DNA of 64,000 bases. It comes from Elusimicrobia bacterium GWA2_56_46 (GTDB taxonomy: Bacteria; Elusimicrobiota; Elusimicrobia; Elusimicrobiales; UBA9959). Numbering within the stretch: the stretch's first letter is position 1; every line of letters begins with the position of its first letter. Location: positions 79,274-143,273 of the forward strand of contig MGTT01000028.1 in the NCBI GenBank assembly GCA_001799575.1, read 5' to 3'. This document shows, piece by piece, positions 18,832 through 27,750 of this stretch. Below the pieces are notes generated by a model, which was not told where the DNA came from, searched no databases, and was given only the letters and a program-made list of their open reading frames with translations. The position numbers and the translations under genes were made by a program.

Positions 18832-20127
18832 TTACGGGCTCCAGTTGGGGGTGGTGGTGCGGCCTTTCAGGTCGGTCAGGGGGTGGGGGGCCGAACCGTC
18901 GGCGTCCATGATATACAGTTCCCGCCGGCCCCTCCGGCTGGACGTGAACGCGATGAACCGGCCGTCCGGCGACCAGGACGGATCCTCGTTGTCGCCGCTG
19001 TTGTTGGTCAGACGGCGTATCTGACCGCCCGTCAGATCCGTAAGGAAAATATTCAACTTTTCCTTAGCCGTCTCCCGCCCGGAAAAAACTATCCATTCCC
19101 CGGACGGAGACCAGTTGGGGGAGTCGCACCAGTTCAGACGCGTAAGTTTGCGTGTTTTCTTCGTCTCAAGATCCAGCACGTAGATCTGCGGGTTTCCGGC
19201 CAGATCGGAAATAAAGGCTATCTGCCGCCCATCGGGGGCGTAGGTCGGTGAAGAACTGACGCTGAAACGGGTCAGCAGCTTTTTCAATTCTTTCGTGACC
19301 ACGTTAAGGCTGTAAATATTGGGGTCGTCGCCCCTTGAAAGGGTCATCACCATGGTCAGGCCGTCGGGCGAGAAGCCGCCGGGGATGTTCAGGCCCTGGA
19401 AAACCGTGAAAGGCCTTATCTTTCCGGCTTTCAGGTCTATCTCAAACATATCCGGATTGCCGTAGCGGTAGGTCGTGTAATATATCCTGGAGGAGTCCTG
19501 CGACCACCTGGGCAGCAGCGCTATGGAGCGGTCGTCCGTGAGCTTCGTCAGGTTCTCTCCGTCGTAGTCCACGGAGTAGATCTCCTTGGAGCCGGTCGCG
19601 TTGTTGGAGAAAGCGATCTTTGAATGCGCGATACCCTTTCTTCCCGTCACCCGCAGGATCACGTCGTCCGAGAAAAGATGGGCGGCCCGCCGCATGGCTC
19701 TCGGCTCTCCCTGGTAGAATTTTTCCAGAAGGATCTTCCCGCTCTCCAGTTCGTGGAGACGGGCCGTGAAGGTCCAGACTTTTTCGTTTTGGGAGGCCTT
19801 GCCGCTCACCAGCCATCCGGCGCCAAGAGTTTTCCAGAATTTAAGGGCTTCGGGGGCCGTGGACAGGCTGGCCGGGTTAAGGGGCTCTTCCTTGATATCG
19901 AAGTACCGTGAATACATCAGATCCGCCCGGATGATGTCGCGGAACCGGCCTGCGAGCTCCAGGTCTTCCGGCTTTTCCGGTCTGGCCGGCAGGAAGTCGG
20001 CGATGGCCAGGGCGGTCTTATTGTATTCCTTGCCGGCGGCGACGCCGATATAGACGTCGGTCTGCGCCCCCACGCGGCCGGCTCCGGCCAGGCAAAGGAT
20101 CAGCACCGTTACGAAAGCTCTTTTCAT
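18832..20127 (-). CDS. tolB: Tol-Pal system beta-propeller protein TolB.
   Basis: There is a signal peptide, a TolB N-terminal domain and repeated PDG..IAF/YV propeller blades. Confidence 0.9.
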   Translation of the reverse strand: MKRAFVTVLILCLAGAGRVGAQTDVYIGVAAGKEYNKTALAIADFLPARPEKPEDLELAGRFRDIIRADLMYSRYFDIKEEPLNPASLSTAPEALKFWKTLGAGWLVSGKASQNEKVWTFTARLHELESGKILLEKFYQGEPRAMRRAAHLFSDDVILRVTGRKGIAHSKIAFSNNATGSKEIYSVDYDGENLTKLTDDRSIALLPRWSQDSSRIYYTTYRYGNPDMFEIDLKAGKIRPFTVFQGLNIPGGFSPDGLTMVMTLSRGDDPNIYSLNVVTKELKKLLTRFSVSSSPTYAPDGRQIAFISDLAGNPQIYVLDLETKKTRKLTRLNWCDSPNWSPSGEWIVFSGRETAKEKLNIFLTDLTGGQIRRLTNNSGDNEDPSWSPDGRFIAFTSSRRGRRELYIMDADGSAPHPLTDLKGRTTTPNWSP

Positions 20128-20138
20128 CAGGAGGAGGC

Positions 20139-20903
20139 TTATTTGGTTTTTTCGGTTCTGGCTTTAGGTTTTGACGTTTCCGCTTTCGGCGGACGCAGCT
20201 TCGTTATGTAGGCCCTGGCTGTGGCGGCTTCCTGCGACTTGGGGTAGTCGCGGGAAATGGATTCCAGATATTTTAACGCCTCGGTTTTCTTGTCTTCGGG
20301 GAACTTCAGTATGGAGAGGGCGTATTTCAGCCGGGCCGCGGGGATCCGGGGAGAGCCTGGAAATTTGTCCAGGATCGTGGCATAGCTGAGAGCGGCATCC
20401 TGCCACTTTTCCCTGAGATAAAGCGCCTCGCCGAGATAATAATAGGCCCCTTCGGCCATATCGCCCCCCGGGAATTTGGACAGGTAGGTCTTGAACCCGG
20501 TCGCGGCTCCGTCGAAGTTATTATTCAGGAAAGCGTTGTAGGAATCGTTGTAGATCTTCGCGGGCAGGAGGGCGGATTCCACGTCCTCCTGCTGTTTCTT
20601 GATGCTGGCTCCGATGGCGTTTACGCGCTTGTTCATCCCGCTGTCCACTTCGTCCAGCCGGGAGGAAAGACGGGTCATCTGCGCGGTGATATCTTTAAGG
20701 GTTTCGGAGAAAGCGTTGAGACTGGTGGAAAGGGTATCTATCTTGACCGCCAGATCGGCCTGGTTCTTCTGCATATTATTGATGTTGGTGTTCAGATCGT
20801 CCATCTGGCTCTGCATCTGGAGCATATCCTGCTGCGTCGCCACGCAGCCCCACAGAGGGGCGAGCGCGGCTAGGACGGCGGCGGTCTTTAAGAAAGTTTT
20901 CAT
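20139..20903 (-). CDS. cpoB: Tol-Pal associated coiled-coil/TPR protein YbgF (CpoB).
   Basis: There is a signal peptide, an N-terminal coiled coil and C-terminal TPR repeats. The gene lies between pal and tolB. Confidence 0.75.
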   Translation of the reverse strand: MKTFLKTAAVLAALAPLWGCVATQQDMLQMQSQMDDLNTNINNMQKNQADLAVKIDTLSTSLNAFSETLKDITAQMTRLSSRLDEVDSGMNKRVNAIGASIKKQQEDVESALLPAKIYNDSYNAFLNNNFDGAATGFKTYLSKFPGGDMAEGAYYYLGEALYLREKWQDAALSYATILDKFPGSPRIPAARLKYALSILKFPEDKKTEALKYLESISRDYPKSQEAATARAYITKLRPPKAETSKPKARTEKTK

Positions 20904-20915
20904 ATTGTTCCGGAC

Positions 20916-21458
20916 TTACTTCGCTTTCACCTTGGTGTCGGCCCGTCTGTTCTTCGCCCAGCAGTCGTCAGTTTCTTCCTCGCAAACGGGCTTTTCCTTG
21001 CCGTATGAAATGGTTCCGATAGAGGCCTCGGGTACGCCCAGGCGGAGGTAATACGCGCGCACTTCCTTGGCTCTTTTCTGGCCCAGGGCGAGATTGTATT
21101 CCACGGTTCCCCGGCTGTCGCAGCGGCCCTCCACCAGCACAACCCACTCTTTATGCGCTTTAAGAACGGCGGCGTTCTTCTGCAGGGTCTTGCGGATATT
21201 GTCGGAAAGGCCGTATTTGTCAAAATCAAAGTAAACGGGCTGGACGGTCTCCTGGGAAACGAATTCCCCTCCGCGGATGTCTCCCTCCGTGCTCATGGTG
21301 TCGGAGCTTCCCTGTATGTCCATGGACGGTTCCGCGGAAATATCGGTCGTCATGTCGGCTTTAAGGCCGTTGTTCTTGAGATTTTTCTTGCTGCAGGAAA
21401 CGGCGGCCAGCGCCACGAAAACGGAAAGCAGGCTTACGGACAGGGTCCTGAATTTCAT
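20916..21458 (-). CDS. pal: Peptidoglycan-associated lipoprotein (OmpA-family C-terminal domain).
   Basis: There is a lipobox (AVSCS). The OmpA-like domain has NLALGQKRA...NRRA. Confidence 0.88.
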   Translation of the reverse strand: MKFRTLSVSLLSVFVALAAVSCSKKNLKNNGLKADMTTDISAEPSMDIQGSSDTMSTEGDIRGGEFVSQETVQPVYFDFDKYGLSDNIRKTLQKNAAVLKAHKEWVVLVEGRCDSRGTVEYNLALGQKRAKEVRAYYLRLGVPEASIGTISYGKEKPVCEEETDDCWAKNRRADTKVKAK

Positions 21459-21531
21459 GTAATATCCTCCGGTCAAAGTGTAGCGTCAGTTATAATCTAT
21501 AAAAAAAACAGCGATAAAACAATCGGAAAGG

Positions 21532-22374
21532 TCAGATCCACAGGCCGGCGGAAAAAAGCAGGCCGAAGACGGCGACGAATTTTGCGGTTTCTCCGACCAG
21601 CGGCGGAAAATTTTCCCGGGCGCACATAGCGTCGAGTTTAAGGGCGGACGGGAGGGAGACCGCGGTGAAAACCGCCGGCCAAAGCCCGCCGAACAGGGCG
21701 AAAGCGTACGGGGCGTACAAAAGGGCGCGGTAAAAATTCTTGGACTTTTTCCGGCCCAGCGTCCCGGCCAGGGTCTTTATCCCCGAGCCGAGGTCGGAAT
21801 CCAGATCGCGCATATTATTAGCGTGCAGAATGGCCGCTATAAGCAGCCCCACCGGGGCGGAGGCCCACAGAGCTTCCGGGAGGAACCGGCCCGTCTGTAT
21901 GAGCGCCGTGCCGGCCACGATGAGGGGGCCGAAAGCCAGGAAAACGCCGAAATCGCCCAAAGCCTTGTACTTGTAACTTATCTTCCCCGCGGTATAAAAC
22001 CAGGCGAGCAGGAAACCGGCCGCGCCCAGACCGAGCAGCAGCGGGAGGCGGAGGCTGAACGCAAAGTAAACGCCTATCGCCGCCGCGGCGCCGAAGAGCG
22101 CCAGGGAGAGCTTCAGCGCGGCGGGAGGCGTTATCAGCCCGTCCACCAGCGCGCGGTCGTCGGAGAAGTCCGGCCGGTCTATACCGTTCCTGAAATCAAA
22201 GTATGTGTTGGCCAGGTTGGCGCCGGAATGAACCGCCAGGGCCGCGAGCAGCGTCAGGGCCAGGGCCGCCGGAGAAAAAGCCCCGGCATTGTACGCGATG
22301 ACCGTGCCGAGGACGACGGGCACGGCCGAGGCCGGCCAGGAATAAGCGCGAAGGATGACAAGTGTTCTTTTCAT
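21532..22374 (-). CDS. menA: UbiA-family prenyltransferase, MenA-like (1,4-dihydroxy-2-naphthoate polyprenyltransferase).
   Basis: It has multiple TM helices, the NTYFDFRNGID motif and a second Asp-rich motif (NNMRDLDSD). Confidence 0.75.
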   Translation of the reverse strand: MKRTLVILRAYSWPASAVPVVLGTVIAYNAGAFSPAALALTLLAALAVHSGANLANTYFDFRNGIDRPDFSDDRALVDGLITPPAALKLSLALFGAAAAIGVYFAFSLRLPLLLGLGAAGFLLAWFYTAGKISYKYKALGDFGVFLAFGPLIVAGTALIQTGRFLPEALWASAPVGLLIAAILHANNMRDLDSDLGSGIKTLAGTLGRKKSKNFYRALLYAPYAFALFGGLWPAVFTAVSLPSALKLDAMCARENFPPLVGETAKFVAVFGLLFSAGLWI

Positions 22375-22380
22375 AATCGG

Positions 22381-23367
22381 TTATTTTGTGCGCGTGGACA
22401 TGGTAAAAATAAAATCCTTGAAAACGCCTGCCGCTTCCCGTTCGGGCAGGAGGGAGATCTCTTTTTCAAGAGCGAGCGTTTTGGCGGCCGCCGCGGCGCG
22501 GGCACTTTCGGTGAAACCGTTCTCTTTTACAAGGGCGGCTACGCGGAGCGCCGGCGCCAGATCTCCGTTAGCGGCGGCTTTTAGCTCCGCGAGACCGGTT
22601 TCTATCTGTTCCGCGAAACGGGCGTCGTTAAGCGCCAGTATGAGCGGCAGCGTGGTTCTGCCCTCGGTGATGTCTTTGAGCGCTTCTTTGCCGGTAAATC
22701 CGGCCTCGCCCTCAAAATCCAGGATATCGTCCACGATCTGAAAAACTACCCCCGTGGTTCTGCCGATTTTTCCGCAGGCTTCGTAGAGATCCGGTCTTTT
22801 GGCTATTCCGGCCGCGGTAAGGGCGCACCAGCGGAAAAGTTCCCCGGTTTTAAGTTCCAGTATTCTTTCCGCCTGCGCGGCCGGGATCTTTTTGTAACGC
22901 AGATTTTCTTCCAGAAGGGCGCCCTCCGTCATCCTGCGCACCGACCTTACCAGATCCCCGGGCGCGCCGGGAGCGATACCCGCCGCGTAGTCAAAAGCGA
23001 AAGAGACCACCAGGTCGCCTGTCAGAATGGCGGTGTTTACGCCGCGCCTTTCGTTCAGGGTCGGGAGGCCCCTCCTGAGGGCCGCCCTGTCTATACAGTC
23101 GTCGTGCATCAGGGAAGCTGTGTGGACGAGTTCGGCCGCCGCGCTTATGCGCTCGGTCGCGCCGCGTTCCAGGCCCAGGGCGTCTCCGAGCAGCAGGGTG
23201 AACCGGGATCGGACGGCTTTCCCCACGAAAACAAACCCGTTATTGCCGTGATCGTATACGGTTTTGTCCACGCTGCCCAGAAGCGAATTTATTTCCCGGT
23301 TTATGCGGGCCAGGGAGTCGTCAAGAGGGCGCGGGATGTTCATATCGGCGAAAAAGTATTTTAGCAT
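22381..23367 (-). CDS. Polyprenyl diphosphate synthase (hepta/octaprenyl; IspB/HepT-like). The start is uncertain; 23424 is the alternative.
   Basis: The first DDxxD motif is LMHDDCID and the second is DDILD. Confidence 0.82.
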   Translation of the reverse strand: MLKYFFADMNIPRPLDDSLARINREINSLLGSVDKTVYDHGNNGFVFVGKAVRSRFTLLLGDALGLERGATERISAAAELVHTASLMHDDCIDRAALRRGLPTLNERRGVNTAILTGDLVVSFAFDYAAGIAPGAPGDLVRSVRRMTEGALLEENLRYKKIPAAQAERILELKTGELFRWCALTAAGIAKRPDLYEACGKIGRTTGVVFQIVDDILDFEGEAGFTGKEALKDITEGRTTLPLILALNDARFAEQIETGLAELKAAANGDLAPALRVAALVKENGFTESARAAAAAKTLALEKEISLLPEREAAGVFKDFIFTMSTRTK

Positions 23368-23521
23368 AAATCCATAACCGCCCAGGTCGCCAGGTTCATG
23401 GTTAATCTGAACAGCCGCTTTCAACCGGTCATTTAGGGTTTACACGGATTGCAATTGTTATATAATTGAGTGCGGGAATGTGGCTATGAGCGACCACTGC
23501 TATAAAACTTGATTTCTTGCC

Positions 23522-23549
23522 GCCCACTGACCACTGATCACTACCCACT
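23522..23549 (-). repeat. Tandem heptamer array. On the minus strand it reads AGTGGGT AGTGATC AGTGGTC AGTGGGC. It sits in the divergent promoter region between the polyprenyl synthase gene and the large membrane protein gene.
   Basis: The reverse complement of 23522-23549 shows the same AGTGGNN period as 7372-7406 and 63785-63825. Confidence 0.65.
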
Positions 23550-23558
23550 TCTTCAATC

Positions 23559-26500
23559 ATGTCCGTCTCGATCATCAGAAAAAAAGTATCCGCCTGGCGG
23601 GCCGCCTGGTTCTGCCTGCTGTCGGCCGGAGTTCTTCTCGATTGCCTGACGGCCGCCCTGTGGCTGGCCGCGTCGGTGGCCGGGGCGGTACTCCTTCTGG
23701 ACGTGACGCGGGAACAGCGCATTCTGTTCACCGCCCTCTCCGCCGCCTGGCTTGTATGGAAACTGGGTTCCGGCTTCTCGGTTTTTCTGCCCGGTCTGCG
23801 TCTCAGGCGTTTCGCCGCTCGCGTAGAGGCCGCTCTCCCGGAGCTGCGCGGCCGCCTGCTGACCGCCCTGGATCTTGCCGCCGGGGCGCCTCCGCCGGGA
23901 GCTTCTCCGGCTTTCGTGCGGCGGCATCTTGAGGATTCAGCGCGGCTGATCGGGGCCTCGCCGCGTCCGGCTTTTATTTCCTTTAAAAAGCTTTTGACCG
24001 CCGGCCGCCTGGCCGGACTCTCTTCGGGGCTTTTCGCCGCGGGCATGATCGCCTGGAGCGACCCGAAAGCTTTTTACTGGTTCCTGCGCCCGCTGGCCCT
24101 GCGGCCCCTGGAAGACGCGATGGAGATAAGTCCCGGCGACGCCGAAGTTCTGAGGGGCCGTCCTTTCAGGATCGAAGCGTCATTCAAACGCGGCGGAGAA
24201 GGGGAGCCGGCGCTGTTCCTCCGGGGCGCTGGCTCATCCTGGAACAGGGGTTTCATGGCGGCGGCCGGCCCCGGCCGGTTCGTTTACGCCGGCGCGGCCC
24301 TGGAGTCGGATCTTTCTTACCGTCTGGCGCACGGGGAACTTCAAAGCCGGGTCTACCGCCTGAAAGCGGCGGAGCCGCCGGTTCTGAAAGACCTCCTTTT
24401 TTCTGTCATTCCGCCGGCCTATACCGGTGAAAAAAGGCGCGATTATCCGTACCTGCCTTTTGAAAGCGCGGCGCTTAAAGGGAGCCTTGCGGTCGTTTCA
24501 GGCGCGGCGGCCGGGAAGCCCTTTTCGGCGGCCTTGGTATTTCAGGGAGCGCCGCCGCTGCCTCTCCGGCCGTACTCCGGAGGGAAGCTGGGGGCTGAAT
24601 TTACGGTTACAGGCGACGCTTCGTACCGGCTTGTATTGAAGACGGCGGACGGGGTTGAAGACGGGTCTGCCGAAACTCATTCCATAAAGGCCCTCTCGGA
24701 TCAGTCTCCCTCCGTGGAAGTCCTCTCTCCCGCGTTCGGGGCTCTGGAAGCCGCGCCGGAAGAGGAGATCACGGCGGTCTATGAGGCTTCCGACGATCTA
24801 GGTCTCAGGGAAGTACGTCTCAGGCGGTCGGTGTATTCCGCGGGCGCGCCGGTTCCCGCCCTCTCTTTCGAGCGAGGCGTTAAGGCCTTTACGGAATTTT
24901 CGGTCAGGAATTTTTCGGGAGAGGCCGCGCTCGATCTGTACGACCTGCCCGATGGGACGGAGGCCGAATTCTATTTTTCCGCCTGCGACCGTTCGCCCTC
25001 CGGCGTCTGCGCGAAAAGCGGGATCATTAAAATCAAAGCCGTGGATTTCTCCGCGCGGCACGCTTCCGCATACGCCGGGCTCGATGCTCTTAAAAAGGAA
25101 CTGGGCGCCCTTAAAGAGAGGGAGAACGGGATAATCGCGGATCTGGGTAAAGGCAAGGTGTTTACTTCGGAAGAGATGTCGGCTTATGCCGAAGCCTGGC
25201 GGAAAGCCGCCGCTTCCGCGGAACGGCTGGGCGCGGAAGTTAAAAAAGATCCCTATATGGCGTCCGGGACGCAGGCCCGTTACGAATTACTCGGGGACGA
25301 CATGGCTTACGGCGCCCGCACCGCCCGGGAAAAGGCCGTCCCGGAAACTTTGTCCGGGCCGTCCGCCGCGGCGGCAAAGACCCATGAAACTTTAAGGAAC
25401 TCGCTTGAAGCCGGAGAGCGGGATCTGGAGGCGGCCCTGCGTTTTGAAGGAGCCCGCTTGTCCGCGTTCGGTTTTGAAAGCATGGCGCGGAACGCTTCGG
25501 CAATGGCCGGGGAGTTATCGGCGTTCCCAGGCGCTTCGGAGAATTCGTCCGGCGGCGCGCCGGTGGACGAGGATTGGCGTAAACTGGAAAGAACTCTTGA
25601 GAAAATAAGCGCTGAACTCTCCAGAATAAACGCAATGCTCAAAGACCGTCCGCCCCGAAAATCCGACGGCAGGACTTTCGTCCTGCCCGCCGGAAGCGCT
25701 CTGACGGCCGCGGGAGAGCTGGCCGCCGCTATAAAAGCGAAAGACGCCGGCAAAGCCGCGGCGCTGGCCGCCGGACTCGCCGAAAAACTTTCGCAGATGC
25801 GACGGGTGATGGAGGAGTACGCGGCCTATCAGTCTTCCCCGGCCGGGGGGGAAAGCGGCGGAGATAAAACTTCGGAACTGTCCGGGCGCTGGAAAACCCT
25901 TTATGAGGAGCAGGGCGCGGAAACCGCCGCCGGCAGGGATCTGGCGGAAAAATTATTCCCCAAGACCGAACGGGCGCGAACCGCCCTGCTCGCGGAGCTG
26001 GAAGCCGCCCAGGCCGGAACCGCGGAACGTCTGCTTCCGTTCAGAAAGGAAGAGCCGGGTGTTTACGCGGCGATCCTGCGGGCGGGGGAAAAACTTAAAG
26101 TCCGCGACATGGATTCCGCCAGCGCGGCGCTCGGTGACGCGCTGGCGGAGATCAGGAAAAGCACCTGCGCCCCCTGCGCCGCCGTTTTGCGCGCGCTCCA
26201 GGCCGAAGTCGGCGGCAGTCTTGACGCTTTCTCCAGATTGAAATCGGACGCGGCCCTGCTGGGGCCGGACGACCTGTCCCTTTTCCCGCCGGCCGCCGGG
26301 AGGCAGGACAGGATCCGGCAGGAAAGCGGCGAATTATCGCGTCTGATAGAGCGGGAGTATTCCGGCGCCCTGGCCGGCCGGTTGCTGGAACGGCTTGAAA
26401 GAGCCGGTTCGCACATGGGTAAGGCCGTCGAAGCTCTTTCGGCCAAAGAAATAAGGCCGGCCGCGGAGGAGCAGCTGAAGGCGCTGGAGGAGCTTGAACT

Positions 26501-26756
26501 GGGCGGCCAGAGTCTCGACGAGATGCTTGAGAAAATGAAGTCGGCCGCTTCCGGGACGGATCCTTCTGCCAGGCCCCGGGGTGTGTTCGTCCGTCCGGCG
26601 CAGGGAGTGGACGCGGCGCCTGTAAAGCTGCCCAGGGCCGGAGATTACGTTCCGCCCGCGGAGCTGCGCAAAAAAGTAATGGAGTCGCTTAAAGAACGCT
26701 ACCCCGCCTCGCAAAAAGACCTGATAGAGGAATATCTCAAAAACGTGGCGAAATGA
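23559..26756 (+). CDS. Large (1065 aa) Ala-rich membrane-anchored hypothetical protein with two N-terminal TM helices. It may be DUF4175-like.
   Basis: It is a long uninterrupted ORF with GC-typical codon usage and N-terminal hydrophobic helices. The C-terminal tail ...ERYPASQKDLIEEYLKNVAK resembles DUF4175-type proteins. Confidence 0.6.
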   Translation: MSVSIIRKKVSAWRAAWFCLLSAGVLLDCLTAALWLAASVAGAVLLLDVTREQRILFTALSAAWLVWKLGSGFSVFLPGLRLRRFAARVEAALPELRGRLLTALDLAAGAPPPGASPAFVRRHLEDSARLIGASPRPAFISFKKLLTAGRLAGLSSGLFAAGMIAWSDPKAFYWFLRPLALRPLEDAMEISPGDAEVLRGRPFRIEASFKRGGEGEPALFLRGAGSSWNRGFMAAAGPGRFVYAGAALESDLSYRLAHGELQSRVYRLKAAEPPVLKDLLFSVIPPAYTGEKRRDYPYLPFESAALKGSLAVVSGAAAGKPFSAALVFQGAPPLPLRPYSGGKLGAEFTVTGDASYRLVLKTADGVEDGSAETHSIKALSDQSPSVEVLSPAFGALEAAPEEEITAVYEASDDLGLREVRLRRSVYSAGAPVPALSFERGVKAFTEFSVRNFSGEAALDLYDLPDGTEAEFYFSACDRSPSGVCAKSGIIKIKAVDFSARHASAYAGLDALKKELGALKERENGIIADLGKGKVFTSEEMSAYAEAWRKAAASAERLGAEVKKDPYMASGTQARYELLGDDMAYGARTAREKAVPETLSGPSAAAAKTHETLRNSLEAGERDLEAALRFEGARLSAFGFESMARNASAMAGELSAFPGASENSSGGAPVDEDWRKLERTLEKISAELSRINAMLKDRPPRKSDGRTFVLPAGSALTAAGELAAAIKAKDAGKAAALAAGLAEKLSQMRRVMEEYAAYQSSPAGGESGGDKTSELSGRWKTLYEEQGAETAAGRDLAEKLFPKTERARTALLAELEAAQAGTAERLLPFRKEEPGVYAAILRAGEKLKVRDMDSASAALGDALAEIRKSTCAPCAAVLRALQAEVGGSLDAFSRLKSDAALLGPDDLSLFPPAAGRQDRIRQESGELSRLIEREYSGALAGRLLERLERAGSHMGKAVEALSAKEIRPAAEEQLKALEELELGGQSLDEMLEKMKSAASGTDPSARPRGVFVRPAQGVDAAPVKLPRAGDYVPPAELRKKVMESLKERYPASQKDLIEEYLKNVAK

Positions 26757-26768
26757 AGCCCCGCCATT

Positions 26769-27452
26769 CTATCGTAAAAAATCCTGGTCGGGCCAGTCGC
26801 CGGGGCGGCCTTCCACCGAACTCAGGCGGAGGTCTTCGTTGGAGAGGGCGCTCATTCTCTGGAAAGATTCTTTCAGTTCCGTGAGCGAAATGTCCGATTT
26901 TTTCACTTTCATCAGGACGAGATAGGTGACCGCCGCCATGACCAGCGACAGCGGCAGGATCATAAGCCAGGCCGAAGCGTGCAGGCGGAAAAGCAGCCAT
27001 GCGCAGAGGAGAACCCAGAAGCTCAGGACGGCGCTGGAGCCGGAGATCACGTAGGAAATTATGATGTTGTGCTCGTCGTTTTTTGGCAGGGAAAGAAGTA
27101 TTACCATCAGGGCTATGTCCAGGAGCAGCAGATATACCGCCCTCGCCACCCAGTTCTTCCAGCGGTTTTTTGAAACCATGAACACTCCCTGGACGGGATC
27201 GTTTATCAGTTCGGCGTCGGCATAATCCACGGAAACGGTCTTTTGCTGCACCTCCGGCATTTCCGCTGGGGCCGGATTGTAGTCAAAGGCCTGCTGGCTT
27301 TCCTCGCTGCCGTACTGGGCCGAAACCGGGAGAGAGGCGGCAAAAAAAGCGAGCGTCAGCGCCGCCGCGGCAAGGCACCGGGGCGCAAAGCGACGGAGGA
27401 AAAGAGAGGCGGAACGTCCGCCCGGATAAAATTTTTTCCGGCTAATTGCCAT
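26769..27452 (-). CDS. Hypothetical membrane protein (signal peptide plus 3 TM helices).
   Basis: The ORF is 227 aa with hydrophobic segments. It lies between valS and the large gene. Confidence 0.5.
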   Translation of the reverse strand: MAISRKKFYPGGRSASLFLRRFAPRCLAAAALTLAFFAASLPVSAQYGSEESQQAFDYNPAPAEMPEVQQKTVSVDYADAELINDPVQGVFMVSKNRWKNWVARAVYLLLLDIALMVILLSLPKNDEHNIIISYVISGSSAVLSFWVLLCAWLLFRLHASAWLMILPLSLVMAAVTYLVLMKVKKSDISLTELKESFQRMSALSNEDLRLSSVEGRPGDWPDQDFLR

Positions 27453-27750
27453 TGTTTTCCTCAGGCAGGTCGGGGATAACGGGCAGGGCGCTTTTTTCCT
27501 CCAGCCTGTAATAACGCGTGGCGCCGACCTGGAGCTTGGGCGCGAAATATCCGACTTCCTTCAGTTTCTGGAACTCGGCCGTTCTGCTGATGCGCGGCTG
27601 TTGTATCCTGAAATTGCGCTGTACGCTTATACGGTCGGAAAAATGCCAGTAGGAGGAGACAAAGCCGGCTATCGCGCAGGTCACTATGGCTCCGCTCAGA
27701 AAATACTGCTCCCGGTCTTTTCGTATCCAGAACTTTCTGTTTAGGATCAT
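27442..27750 (-). CDS. Hypothetical small membrane protein (1 TM).
   Basis: The ORF is 102 aa. Its 3' end overlaps the next gene and its start abuts the valS stop. Confidence 0.45.
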   Translation of the reverse strand: MILNRKFWIRKDREQYFLSGAIVTCAIAGFVSSYWHFSDRISVQRNFRIQQPRISRTAEFQKLKEVGYFAPKLQVGATRYYRLEEKSALPVIPDLPEENNGN

